Shown here: positions 17,624 through 26,755 of the stretch, piece after piece
Position numbering within the stretch: position 1 is the first letter of the stretch
Layout of the letters: each line of letters opens with the position of its first letter
Source: Akkermansia sp.
Lineage (GTDB): Bacteria > Verrucomicrobiota > Verrucomicrobiia > Limisphaerales > SIBH01
DNA length: 64,000 nt
Reading direction: 5' to 3'
Assembly (NCBI GenBank): GCA_043757045.1
Contig: JAYVQC010000097.1
Span: 365 to 64,364, forward strand
Notes under the pieces: generated by a model
Told to the model about the DNA's origin: nothing
What the model saw: the letters and a program-made list of their open reading frames with translations, nothing else
The model's database searches: none
Made by a program: the position numbers and the translations under genes

Positions 17624-18790
17624 TTACGAGAGGTAACGCATGTCCCCGTCCAGCCACACGCCGCGCACGCGGAACTGCGAATCAAACCACACGAGGTCGG
17701 CGCGCTTTCCTTTTTCGAGCGAGCCGAATTCTTTCTCACGGCCTAGTTGCCGCGCGGGATTCAACGAAGCCATCCGCACCGCATCCACGAGCGAGGCACC
17801 GCCGAGTTGCACGGCGCGGCGCACGGCTTCGATCATCGTGAGCGTGCTGCCGGCGAGCGCGGAGCCGTCGGTGAGCAGGGCGGCGTCCTGCGTGACGCGC
17901 GCGGCCACGCCGCCGACTTGGAATGTTGTGCCCGGCTTCAGGCCCGCGCCGCCCGTGGCGTCCGTGATCAGACACACGCCGTCGCGGCCCTTGGCGTTGA
18001 ACAGCATCTTCATCAGCGTGGGCGCGACGTGGACGCCGTCGGCGATCAGCTCGCAGCAAATCTCCCGGTGCGCGAGCGCGAACTCCACCATGCCCGCGAT
18101 GCGATACGGCCCGCGCCGTATAGCCGTGCTCATCGCGTTGAAGGTGTGGGTGGAATGGTTCAGTCCCGCCGCGAGCGCGCGGCGCAGGTGCTCCTCCGTG
18201 GCGTTCGTGTGACCGCCGCTGGCGAGGGAGCCGTTCGCACGCAGCGCCCGGATGAGCGGCAGTGCGCCTTTTTCCTCCGGAGCCAGCGTCATCTCGGTGA
18301 CGAGCGGGCCGTAGCGTAGAAACTTTTTCCACTCCGCGGGGTGCGCCTGGCGGATTTGATTTGGATTTTGCGCGCCCGGTTTTTCCTTCGAGATGAACGG
18401 GCCTTCGATGTGGACACCCGCGAGGCGTGCGCCGCCGAGCGACCGGTTGTGAAATGGTTTCGCTGCTTCGAGCACGCGCAGGATTTCCTTCTCCGTCGCA
18501 GTCACGGTGGTGAGCGCGAGCGAAGTGGTGCCGCCGCGCAGATGAAATTCCGTGATGGCGCGAAAGGCGTCTGCGCTCGCCTCCATCGTGTCACGTCCGA
18601 CCGCGCCGTGGATGTGCAAATCAATGAAGCCGGGCGCGAGGTAGCCGCCGCGCAGGTCAAGCGAGCCGGGTCGGAGACCGGCGCTCCGCGAGACGCTGGC
18701 GATGTGGCCGGCGCGCACGGTGAGCGTGCCGCGCTGAATGGCCTCGGGGAGGATGAGTTGGGCGTTGGTGAATGTGGTCACGCGGATCAA
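17624..18790 (-). CDS. nagA: N-acetylglucosamine-6-phosphate deacetylase
   Basis: GFIDLHIHGAVGRD metal-binding motif, then ...HIEGPFIS..., SGGHTNAT and HTFNAM motifs. 388 aa with a TTG start. Confidence 0.9.
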   Translation of the reverse strand: MIRVTTFTNAQLILPEAIQRGTLTVRAGHIASVSRSAGLRPGSLDLRGGYLAPGFIDLHIHGAVGRDTMEASADAFRAITEFHLRGGTTSLALTTVTATEKEILRVLEAAKPFHNRSLGGARLAGVHIEGPFISKEKPGAQNPNQIRQAHPAEWKKFLRYGPLVTEMTLAPEEKGALPLIRALRANGSLASGGHTNATEEHLRRALAAGLNHSTHTFNAMSTAIRRGPYRIAGMVEFALAHREICCELIADGVHVAPTLMKMLFNAKGRDGVCLITDATGGAGLKPGTTFQVGGVAARVTQDAALLTDGSALAGSTLTMIEAVRRAVQLGGASLVDAVRMASLNPARQLGREKEFGSLEKGKRADLVWFDSQFRVRGVWLDGDMRYLS

Positions 18791-18890
18791 GTAATCAGTA
18801 AGTCAGTTATCAGTGAATCAGTATTTGCACTTCGACGCTGAATCGCCCGCACCGCGTCACTGATAACTGATAACTGATTACTGACCTACT
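18790..18890. repeat. ATCAGT-rich palindromic element, intergenic copy
   Basis: The left arm agtaatcagtaagtcagttatcagtgaatcagta is mirrored by the right arm tcactgataactgataactgattactgacctact. Confidence 0.75.
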
Positions 18891-18892
18891 GG

Positions 18893-20002
18893 TCACTGCT
18901 TCTTCAACGACGCGAGGTATTCCACCAAGTCCACCAGTTCCTGCTGCGTCATCGTCATCTGCAAACCCGCTGGCATCATCGAGGATTTCATCTGCCGCAG
19001 CGCGGCGATGGCGCTGCGCTGGTGGCGCGTGATGATGCCATTGGCGTCCTTGATCGCGACTTCGTCCGCCGTCTCGCTGGCCTTGATGCCGAAGGCTTCG
19101 TCACCGGACTTGAGTTCCACCTGCCACGCCTCGAAGCCAAACGAGATGCCCGCGCTCGGATCGAGGATGGCTTCGTAGAGCGCCTCCTTCGGCAGTTTCG
19201 TGCCGATCTCGGAGAGCGCGGGGCCGAGGTCGCGACCTTCGCCACGCACCTGATGGCATTTGGCGCAGCCCGTGGTGTCGCGCCGGAAAACTTCCGCGCC
19301 CTTGGCGATGTCGCCTGGGAGTTTGATCAAATCGGAGACGGGCGGAAGCGGCTGGGAATTTTGTCCGGCGGGCAGCGGAAGAATTTTCGCGGCTTCCGAT
19401 TGAACGGCCGGCCAGCGCGCCGCGTTGAGTTCTGATGCCGCGATGAATTTCAAATTCTCCGGCAGTTTCTCCTCGCGGGCCAGGGCGAGCAGGGACTTCG
19501 CGCCGTCCTGCGTTTGCGCGAGCGCACGCGTGGCGGCGCGGCGCGTGGCGGTGTCCCGCGTGTCGTCGGTGACGAGCGGGACGAGCCACGGCACGGCCTG
19601 TTTTTCCTGCGCGTGGCCGAGGGCTTCGGCGAGGCGGGCGGCGTTGGTGGATTGCAGCGCGCTCTGCACGGAGGCGGCATCGCCGCTCGCGAGCACGAGG
19701 CGGATGGCCTCCACGCCGCTTTCATCCGCAGGCTGGCGCGCGGCGAAGTCGAGTAGGCCGGCGTTCTGGTTGGTGAGCGCGAAGTGGCGGACCAGCTTGA
19801 CGAAGTTCGGCGTGCCGCGCGTTTTCTCCAGCACGCGCTGGATGGCGGCCTGCACAGCGGGCTTTTCCGCGACGGCAGCTTTGTCCAACCGCGTGAGCGC
19901 CTCGATGGCGGTGTTGATCTTCTGCTGTTCCTCGGTGTCGGCAGCCGGGGCGGGGCCACAGAGCAACGCCGCGCCGGCCAGGAAAAGAATGTGAAAGTTC
20001 AC
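18893..20002 (-). CDS. Secreted HEAT-repeat protein with C-terminal c-type cytochrome (heme-binding) domain
   Basis: CAKCH heme-binding motif (TGCAKCHQVRGEG) with ...MPAGL... downstream. Upstream HEAT-like repeats. Start set to GTG 20002, giving the signal peptide (M)NFHILFLAGAALLCGPAPAAD. The track's ATG 20128 would collide with the divergent kinase gene start. Confidence 0.7.
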   Translation of the reverse strand: MNFHILFLAGAALLCGPAPAADTEEQQKINTAIEALTRLDKAAVAEKPAVQAAIQRVLEKTRGTPNFVKLVRHFALTNQNAGLLDFAARQPADESGVEAIRLVLASGDAASVQSALQSTNAARLAEALGHAQEKQAVPWLVPLVTDDTRDTATRRAATRALAQTQDGAKSLLALAREEKLPENLKFIAASELNAARWPAVQSEAAKILPLPAGQNSQPLPPVSDLIKLPGDIAKGAEVFRRDTTGCAKCHQVRGEGRDLGPALSEIGTKLPKEALYEAILDPSAGISFGFEAWQVELKSGDEAFGIKASETADEVAIKDANGIITRHQRSAIAALRQMKSSMMPAGLQMTMTQQELVDLVEYLASLKKQ

Positions 20003-20127
20003 GGCGCACTTTTTCCAATGCGCGCCCGCAAGACAAGGCGGGAGAACAAGGGGCGGTGGCCCGCCTCTTGGCAACTTGGCATCTCCGCGCTTTACCGAAA
20101 GCGAGCTTCCCTTGCACACTCGCTCCA

Positions 20128-21228
20128 ATGCTCCCGCTGGAGTCGTGCAAACTGTTCAGTGCGCTCGCGCCCGATGACCTCGCGGCGCTGCTGCGCGTCA
20201 CGCGCGAGCAGACCTTCGCGGGCGGCACGGAAATTTTCAAAGAAGGCGACGCGGGCGACGCGCTCTACGCGGTGAAGAACGGCAGCGTGCTCATCACCGC
20301 CGTGATGGGCAATGGCGAGCGCCAGACGCTCTCACGCGTGCCGCCCGGCGAAGTGTTCGGCGAACTCGCCATCATTGATAATCAACCGCGCTCCGCCACG
20401 GCACTGGCTGAAATCGAGACGACGCTGTACGTCGTGCCGCGCGACGCGATGATCCAGTTGCTCACCAATTCGCCGCAATTTTCCTTCAGCATGATGCGCG
20501 AGATCACGAACCGCCTGCGCGAGTTCAACCGGCAATACATCCGCCAGGTCTTGCAGGCGGAGCGCATGGCGCTCGTGGGCCGCTTCGCCAGCTCCATCGT
20601 CCACGATTTGAAGAATCCGCTGACCATCATCGGCATCGCGGCCGACATGGCGTGCGGACCGGAGGTGCCGTTGAGCGCGCGGCAGATCGCCCAGAAGCGC
20701 ATCCAGAAACAGGTCGAGCGCATCAGCAACATGGTGTCGGACATTCTGGAATTCACGCGCGGCGGCGGCGCGGTCGCGCCCACGACCACGGTGCTCGAGT
20801 ACGCGGAATTCGCCCGGCCCATCATCGAGGAAATCAGCCGTGAGATCTTGCCGAAGGGCGTGGCCGTGGAGCTGATGACCTCCGTGCCGCTGGCGAAGGT
20901 GCCGGTCAATCCGCGCCGCCTGAGCCGCGTCTTCTACAATCTGATGTTCAACGCGGTGGATGAAATGCCCGAGGGCGGCAAAATCAAAATGCACTTCCGC
21001 GTCGAGGGCGCGGAACTCATCACCGAGATCGAGGACACGGGCGGCGGCATCGCGCCGGAGATGTTGAACAAATTGTTCGAGGCGTTCGAGACCTTCGGCA
21101 AGGCGCGCGGCACGGGTCTTGGATTGAGCATCGCGAAGCGCATCGTCGAGGAGCATCGCGGTCGCATCTACGCGCGCAACGTGCCGGGCGGCGGGGCGCT
21201 GTTTGGTTTCACGTTGCCGCTGGCGTGA
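20128..21228 (+). CDS. Cyclic-nucleotide-binding domain sensor histidine kinase
   Basis: The cNMP-binding domain has FKEGDAGDALYAV..G...GEVFGELA. H-box SSIVHDLKNPLT; HATPase G-boxes DTGGGI and GTGLGLSIAKRIVEEHRGRI. Start trimmed to ATG 20128. Confidence 0.85.
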   Translation: MLPLESCKLFSALAPDDLAALLRVTREQTFAGGTEIFKEGDAGDALYAVKNGSVLITAVMGNGERQTLSRVPPGEVFGELAIIDNQPRSATALAEIETTLYVVPRDAMIQLLTNSPQFSFSMMREITNRLREFNRQYIRQVLQAERMALVGRFASSIVHDLKNPLTIIGIAADMACGPEVPLSARQIAQKRIQKQVERISNMVSDILEFTRGGGAVAPTTTVLEYAEFARPIIEEISREILPKGVAVELMTSVPLAKVPVNPRRLSRVFYNLMFNAVDEMPEGGKIKMHFRVEGAELITEIEDTGGGIAPEMLNKLFEAFETFGKARGTGLGLSIAKRIVEEHRGRIYARNVPGGGALFGFTLPLA

Positions 21229-21260
21229 GGTGAAGCCGATGCAACCGCAGTCTTTTCTTT

Positions 21261-21336
21261 ATTCCCCTGACCACCATTCCCCTGACTTGGCGGGGCGGGG
21301 AAAAGCGGAAGTCAGGGGAATGTTGGTCAGGGGAAT
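21261..21336. repeat. Palindromic element 3' of the histidine kinase gene
   Basis: attcccctgaccaccattcccctgactt is mirrored by aagtcaggggaatgttggtcaggggaat (two mismatches). Confidence 0.8.
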
Positions 21337-21426
21337 GGGAACTGATGAGGGAGGATTTTCACAAGCCGTGGGCTGCGCACTCGATCCGGCTTTCTGCTTT
21401 CTGCTTTCCGCTTTCCACTTTTCAGC

Positions 21427-23385
21427 ATGAACCGCATCCGCCTGCTCCCCGAACACGTCGCGAACCAGATCGCCGCCGGCGAAGTCGTCGAGCGTCCGGC
21501 CAGCGTCGTGAAGGAACTCGTCGAGAACTCGCTCGACGCCGAGGCCCGCCGGCTCACCGTGGAAATCCAGTCCGGCGGCCGTTCGCTCATCCGCATCACC
21601 GACGACGGCTTCGGCATGAGCCGCGACGACGCATTGCTCTGCCTCGAACGTCACGCCACGAGCAAGATTCAGCGCGCGGAAGATTTGCACGGCATCAGCA
21701 CGATGGGTTTTCGCGGCGAGGCGCTGCCGAGCATCGCGAGCGTCAGCCGCTTCAGCCTGACGACGCGCGAGCGCGAGAGTGATTCACCGGAAGGCACGCA
21801 GGTCATCATCAACGGCGGAAAAATCGTGGAGGTGAAAGCCGCGGGTGCGGCCAGCGGCACGAGCATCGAAGTGCGTTCGCTGTTCTTCAACCTGCCCGCG
21901 CGAAGAAAGTTTTTGCGCGCGGAAGAAACCGAGGCCGCGCACATCCAGCACTACCTCACGCTCGCCGCGCTGGCGCATCCCGAGGTGGCGTTCACGTTCG
22001 TGAAGGACGGGCGCACGCTCTGGCAGTTGTCCGCAATTAAGAATGACGCCGCGCCCATCACTGCGCTGCGCGAACGGATGCGGCAGTTGTCCGGCACGTT
22101 GCCGCAACTCATCGAGTTGGAATCGAGCGAGAACCTGAACGAGCGCTTCACTGACGACGCGACCAACCAACTCGAAACCCAAACCCCGAAACTCTCCGTC
22201 CGCGTGTGGGGTTTGATCGGCGCACCCGGTGTGGCGCGCTCGACGCGCGAGGAGCAGCATCTCTTTGTGAACCGCCGTCCCGTGGAGAATCGCGGGCTGA
22301 ACCACGCGCTGCTCGAAGGCTATCACACCGCGCTGATGAAAGGCCGCTTCCCCGTCTGCTGCCTGTTCCTGGAAATTGATCCGGCGGCGGTGGACGTGAA
22401 CATTCATCCCGCCAAGCGCGAGGTGAAGTTCCGCGACGAGCGCGCCGTGCGCGGCTTCGTCACGCGCGCCATCCGCGACGCGCTGCTCGCCTTCCACAGC
22501 CCGCAGGCCGAGAGCGCCGTCACGCCCCACGCGCCACGCCCCACGCCGCTGATTGAATGGCTGCCCCCGCGCTCCATCGTTCCCGATCCCGCGCGCGAAC
22601 CGGCGTTGCCCGGCTTTCCTGCGCCCACCACCGAACCAATTAAAACGCAACCCGCGCCGCTGCCGCCCTCCTTTCGCCGCGACACCGCTGTAGAAACCAG
22701 CGCCCTAATCCAGTCGCCCGTTCAACCACCACGCGCCCTGTTCCCCAATCCCCAATCCCCAATCCTCAATCCTCAATCCTCAATTTCCCCCACGCCGCTC
22801 CTCTCCGTCCCGCTCCGCCTCGTCGGCGTGATTGGCCGGCTCTACGTCGTGCTGGAATCGGATCGCGGTCTCGTGCTGCTCGACCAGCACGCGGCACACG
22901 AACGGATTTTGTTCGAGCAAATGCTCACGCGCTTGGAGCGCAACGAAGTCACCGCGCAACGCTTGCTGTTGCCGGAGACCATTGAACTCGCGCCGCGCGA
23001 CGCCGCCTTCGTGCGCGGCGTGCTGCCGGTGCTGGCGCGCCTCGGCGTGGGCCTGAGCGAATTCGGCGAGCGCACCTTCCTGCTCGATGCGTTGCCGCCG
23101 ATGGTTAAGGCGCCCGACGCACGCGGCTTCGTCACCACGCTGATTGATGAATTGAAAGCCGCCGGCGAGGGCGTGAACGCGCTGCGCCTCGGCGAAGACG
23201 TGATTGCCAAAACCGTCTGCCGCCACGCGGTGAAGGCGAACGATCCGCTGACCGGTCCCGAACTGGAAAACCTTGTGCGCGACCTGCGCCACTGCGCCAT
23301 GCCCTACACCTGCCCGCACGGACGCCCCACGCTCATCGAGATGAACTTCCGCGAGCTGGAGAAAAAATTCGGGCGCACGCAGTAA
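21427..23385 (+). CDS. mutL: DNA mismatch repair protein MutL
   Basis: Classic N-terminus IRLLPEHVANQIAAGEVVERPASVVKELVENSLDA and a C-terminal dimerisation domain with CPHGRP. 652 aa. Confidence 0.95.
   Translation: MNRIRLLPEHVANQIAAGEVVERPASVVKELVENSLDAEARRLTVEIQSGGRSLIRITDDGFGMSRDDALLCLERHATSKIQRAEDLHGISTMGFRGEALPSIASVSRFSLTTRERESDSPEGTQVIINGGKIVEVKAAGAASGTSIEVRSLFFNLPARRKFLRAEETEAAHIQHYLTLAALAHPEVAFTFVKDGRTLWQLSAIKNDAAPITALRERMRQLSGTLPQLIELESSENLNERFTDDATNQLETQTPKLSVRVWGLIGAPGVARSTREEQHLFVNRRPVENRGLNHALLEGYHTALMKGRFPVCCLFLEIDPAAVDVNIHPAKREVKFRDERAVRGFVTRAIRDALLAFHSPQAESAVTPHAPRPTPLIEWLPPRSIVPDPAREPALPGFPAPTTEPIKTQPAPLPPSFRRDTAVETSALIQSPVQPPRALFPNPQSPILNPQSSISPTPLLSVPLRLVGVIGRLYVVLESDRGLVLLDQHAAHERILFEQMLTRLERNEVTAQRLLLPETIELAPRDAAFVRGVLPVLARLGVGLSEFGERTFLLDALPPMVKAPDARGFVTTLIDELKAAGEGVNALRLGEDVIAKTVCRHAVKANDPLTGPELENLVRDLRHCAMPYTCPHGRPTLIEMNFRELEKKFGRTQ
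22743..22784. repeat. Heptanucleotide tandem repeat (CCCCAAT)3(CCTCAAT)3 inside mutL
   Basis: Six contiguous 7-nt units read directly from the sequence. They encode ..PNPQSPILNPQSSI.. in the MutL interdomain linker. Confidence 0.9.
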
Positions 23386-23403
23386 AACCTGGCGGCGGGT
23401 TGG

Positions 23404-23790
23404 TCACACGGGCTTTTTCCAAATCGGGACCACGCGCTTCATTTCGTCAATGAGCCACTGGCACGCTGCGAACGCCTCGCCGCGATGCGGGGCGATGACT
23501 TCCACCCAGAGCGACGGTTCCTTCACCCGCACCACGCCAAGGCGATGCACGAGCCGCACGGACTCGATGGGCCAGCGTTTTTCCATTTCATCGAAGAGCA
23601 GTTGGAACTGCCGCTCGGCCATCGGGACGAAGGCTTCGTAATCAATCGCCGTGATGGCCGCGCCTTCTTCCTGACCGCGCACGACACCGGAGAAGCTGAC
23701 GACCGCGCCCATTCCGTGGGACATGACGCGCTGCGCGACGAGCGCGGCCTCGTCAATGGGCGCGGGCGAGATGGTGAGCGAACGTTTCAT
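23404..23790 (-). CDS. moaE: Molybdopterin synthase catalytic subunit MoaE
   Basis: 128 aa with GAVVSFSGVVRG...AIDYEAF...PIWKK motifs. Abuts a MoaD-like gene. Confidence 0.85.
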   Translation of the reverse strand: MKRSLTISPAPIDEAALVAQRVMSHGMGAVVSFSGVVRGQEEGAAITAIDYEAFVPMAERQFQLLFDEMEKRWPIESVRLVHRLGVVRVKEPSLWVEVIAPHRGEAFAACQWLIDEMKRVVPIWKKPV

Positions 23791-24036
23791 TCACCCTCCC
23801 TGCACCGGCGGGAACAGCGACACCTCATCGCCCGCCTGCAGCGCGTAAGTCTTCGGCTGGTAATCCACGCCCACGGCGAGGAGCGTGGAGTTTTGCATGG
23901 CGGCCAGCTTCGGGAAGCGCGTGCCGAGTTTCTGCTGCAACTCTTCGATGGTGCCGCCGGGCGCGATCTCTTCCACCACCTGCGTGCAGCCGGTGAGTTC
24001 CTTGAAGTAGGAGTAGAAGTGAACGGTGACGGTCAT
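23791..24036 (-). CDS. moaD: MoaD/ThiS family sulfur carrier protein
   Basis: 81 aa ending in the ...FPPVQGG C-terminal Gly-Gly. Immediately upstream of moaE. Confidence 0.75.
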   Translation of the reverse strand: MTVTVHFYSYFKELTGCTQVVEEIAPGGTIEELQQKLGTRFPKLAAMQNSTLLAVGVDYQPKTYALQAGDEVSLFPPVQGG

Positions 24037-24045
24037 GGCGGGAAA

Positions 24046-24333
24046 CTAATCGTAAGCGAGCCGGTCGAAAATATGGTTCAGGATGTTGATCGAGTCCTCG
24101 CGGTCCAGATGTCCGGCCAGCCTCGCGGACTCGGGCAAGCCCGGCACCGAGTGGATGAGCATGTAAAGCGCGAGATGGTTCTTCTCATTGAAGCGAACGC
24201 GAACGGTGTCCTTGGGCACCAGCGCGGCGGACGAGAAACGGGTCTCCGGCGTGAGCGGAACCAGCCAACGATGCGTGAGTTCCAACAGCCGTGGGGAGGA
24301 AACGTCGGATGCTTGAAAAACTCGCAGGTGCAT
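24046..24333 (-). CDS. Hypothetical protein
   Basis: 95-aa ORF co-directional and tightly spaced with moaD. No recognisable motif. Confidence 0.35.
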   Translation of the reverse strand: MHLRVFQASDVSSPRLLELTHRWLVPLTPETRFSSAALVPKDTVRVRFNEKNHLALYMLIHSVPGLPESARLAGHLDREDSINILNHIFDRLAYD

Positions 24334-24624
24334 GCGTGCTCAAGGACGGGCGGAAAGTCTCGTGATCAGAAGGCGCGTTGGAAGTCGCGATAAATTTCCT
24401 CGAGCACCCGCGTGCGGGCCGGGCTTTGCGTTCTGTTGATCAAGGCCAGCAGCCGCGCGCGGCGCCGACGGACGGCAGGAGAATTGAGCGCGGGCCGCGG
24501 GCTGGAGAGCGCCGACTTGGCCGCGCGTTTGAACGCCGTTTTCCGGCGTGAAACCGACGAGGTTTGGCCTGTCATCATGCGCGCAACGTAACATCGCGCC
24601 CTGGGACTTCGAGGAAAAATCCTG

Positions 24625-25227
24625 TCAGGCCGGCGGCGCATACGCCTCCGGCCGGAGCACGCCCACGAACGGCAGGTTGCGATAGCGCTCGGCAAAATCC
24701 AGCCCGTAGCCGATCACGAAGTAATCCGGAATGGAAAAGCCCACGTAGTCCGCGCGCACCTTCTCCGTGCGGCGCGCTTTCTTCTCCAGGAACACGCACA
24801 CTTTCATGCGGCGCGGCTTATGCCCTTTCAGAATCGCCAGCACGCGCTTGAGCGTGCGGCCCGTGTCGAGGATGTCATCCACCACCAGCACGTCGCGGCC
24901 CTTTACGTCGAGGCGGAGTTGCTTGGTGAAGACGAGTTCGCCCGCCTGCGTGCCCGCGCCATAGCTCGACACGCCGATGAAATCCAACCGCAACGGCAGC
25001 GACAGATGCCGCACTAAATCAGCGAGGAACATCACCGTGCCGTTCAGCAACGAAACGATGACGAGATCACGCCCCGCGTAATCGCGCTGCAACTGCCGGG
25101 TGAGTTGCTGGACGCGCTTGGCAATCTGCTCCTCGGTGATGAGCACGCTCTCGATCTCGGGAAACGCGGCGTGAATCTTACTCTTGGTTTTCTTTTTCGC
25201 CGGACGGCGGACGAGAGAGGTCTTCAT
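24625..25227 (-). CDS. hpt: Hypoxanthine phosphoribosyltransferase
   Basis: PRPP-binding motif DVLVVDDILDTGRTL and ...GFSIPDYFVIGYGLDF.. 200 aa. Confidence 0.9.
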   Translation of the reverse strand: MKTSLVRRPAKKKTKSKIHAAFPEIESVLITEEQIAKRVQQLTRQLQRDYAGRDLVIVSLLNGTVMFLADLVRHLSLPLRLDFIGVSSYGAGTQAGELVFTKQLRLDVKGRDVLVVDDILDTGRTLKRVLAILKGHKPRRMKVCVFLEKKARRTEKVRADYVGFSIPDYFVIGYGLDFAERYRNLPFVGVLRPEAYAPPA

Positions 25228-25233
25228 GAAAAA

Positions 25234-25614
25234 TCAAATGTGCTTCGAGTCGTCGTGGTCTTTCTGGCTGTAGCCGGATTCCTGGCGTTGGAAATTCACC
25301 TCGTTCTTCTTCACGTAAGCGGCGAAAATGTCATCCGCGCTCATGCCCAGCACCTGCGCCATGCTGATGAGAAAGTGGAACAGGTCCACGACCTCGACGC
25401 GCGCGTTCTGCTCGTCGAACTTCTGGTACTTGGCCCACCATTTCCAGGGGACGCTGTCGGTCAATTCGGCCATCTCCTGCGACATGGCGCGGCAGTAGTT
25501 GAGAATCCACTTCGTCTTTTCCTCCTCGCTCATGGCGTCGGTCTGCACGCCGATGCGCTCGTTGAGCGATTTTTGCATGCGGAAAAGTTCGCGAAGCTGA
25601 TCGGGTCGTTCCAT
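25234..25614 (-). CDS. Dimeric all-alpha dUTPase-like NTP pyrophosphohydrolase
   Basis: LFRMQKSLNERIG...EMAELTDSVPWKWWAKY...EVVDLFHFL resembles the dimeric dUTPase/MazG-like family. Start trimmed to ATG 25614 (MERPDQL). Confidence 0.65.
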   Translation of the reverse strand: MERPDQLRELFRMQKSLNERIGVQTDAMSEEEKTKWILNYCRAMSQEMAELTDSVPWKWWAKYQKFDEQNARVEVVDLFHFLISMAQVLGMSADDIFAAYVKKNEVNFQRQESGYSQKDHDDSKHI

Positions 25615-25666
25615 GAGCGCGAGGTTCAAAGGGCGAGGCGGAAAGTGCAAGGGGCAAAACTTTGTG

Positions 25667-25773
25667 GAGCGCGGACTTTACAGTCCGCAGCCAGCCGCCC
25701 AGTGGTGAGGGGTATGAACTTGCTGGGACGCGCGGTCGTTCGTTGCTTGCTGCGGACTGGAAAGTCCGCGCGC
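25667..25773. repeat. Intergenic palindromic element with GCGGAC-N6-GTCCGC terminal hairpins
   Basis: gagcgcggactttacagtccgcag (left) and ctgcggactggaaagtccgcgcgc (right) are inverted copies of each other. Confidence 0.7.
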
Positions 25774-25794
25774 CGGGGCGTCGGATTTTCTGCG

Positions 25795-26748
25795 CTACTT
25801 CTTCTCCGCCAGCACCTTCGCCAGACTCGCGGCCACGCGCTCGGAGCGTATGAGTTTCCCCTCCAAGTTCAGGTGATACTCCGTGTCGAACATTTGCTCG
25901 GTGGGGAAGACCATGTCCTCCACCGTGTCGAGGCGGGGAATGTTCAGCCGGGCGCGGAGCAAGTCATCAAGCTGATGGATGGCCACGCGATTTTTCTCGT
26001 AGCTGCGCCGCTCGTAAGGCGGGTGAGAGTAGAAGACGCGCGCACCCTTTTTTCGGGCCGCGTCGGCAAACCAGTTCACATGCTCGATGGCGATGTCCGT
26101 AGTGCCGGCGCCGGTGAATTTGAAACGGCCCGCTCCAAGTTCAGGTCCCTTGAGGCCATGATGGGTGACGATGTCGCCGTTTTGATCGAAGGCGTTGCGG
26201 TGGTTGTGGACGTACGAGCCGCCTTCCAGAATCCCCTCGGATTGGCCCAGCACATCGCGAATGACGCGCCCCAAATGCTGCTTGTAACCGTCGTCCAAGA
26301 GTTCCTTCAACTGCCGGAACGTCAGCGCGCGCAGCACGGTGGGGCGGCACTCGATGAGCCGGGCGACATACTCGGGCAGAGGCCGATAATACGTCTCGAA
26401 CGTGAGATATTCCGGCGCGAGCACCACCACGTCACCGCGTCGCAGGAACGGCTCGACTTCTTGCAGCATGAATTCCAGACCGACGGCGGCGTTCAAGCCC
26501 ATGTTGACCGGGTTCATGCCCAGCCGTTCGCCGACCAGTCCCGAATCCATGCCGAAGGCCATCGAAGAACCGGCGACGAAAATGATGCGGGGCGACGGCA
26601 GCGTCTCCAGCCGGCGATGCTTGTCCGCGCTGGCCATATAGAAGCTTTTCTCGGGCGGATACTTTTTAGTGTAAGCCGCGAAAACCACGCCCAGCGCGAC
26701 GGCGAGGACGCCGAAGAACACCGCGAGTTTGAGGAGAAAAGTTTTCAT
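25795..26748 (-). CDS. DltD/SGNH-like partner protein of the MBOAT acyltransferase
   Basis: Start trimmed to ATG 26748 (MKTFLLKLAVFFGVLAVALGVVF, an N-terminal anchor). IIFVAGSSMAFG resembles a GDS(L)-type motif. Sits directly downstream of the MBOAT gene. Confidence 0.6.
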   Translation of the reverse strand: MKTFLLKLAVFFGVLAVALGVVFAAYTKKYPPEKSFYMASADKHRRLETLPSPRIIFVAGSSMAFGMDSGLVGERLGMNPVNMGLNAAVGLEFMLQEVEPFLRRGDVVVLAPEYLTFETYYRPLPEYVARLIECRPTVLRALTFRQLKELLDDGYKQHLGRVIRDVLGQSEGILEGGSYVHNHRNAFDQNGDIVTHHGLKGPELGAGRFKFTGAGTTDIAIEHVNWFADAARKKGARVFYSHPPYERRSYEKNRVAIHQLDDLLRARLNIPRLDTVEDMVFPTEQMFDTEYHLNLEGKLIRSERVAASLAKVLAEKK

Positions 26749-26755
26749 CGGCGTT

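Noticed and set aside
22743-22784. Possible CRISPR array, suggested by the short tandem repeats here and at 58438-58473, and by the many palindromes.
   Set aside because: Units are only 7-8 nt and contiguous with no spacers. The palindromic elements are irregularly spaced, belong to different families and have no adjacent cas genes.
24366-24695. 109-aa highly basic minus-strand ORF (or its 70-aa version from 24578) between hpt and the 24046-24333 ORF, considered as a possible antitoxin or small DNA-binding protein.
   Set aside because: The long version overlaps the hpt 3' end. The composition is Arg/Ser/Ala-rich and low-complexity, as in shadow ORFs, with no motif. Not called.
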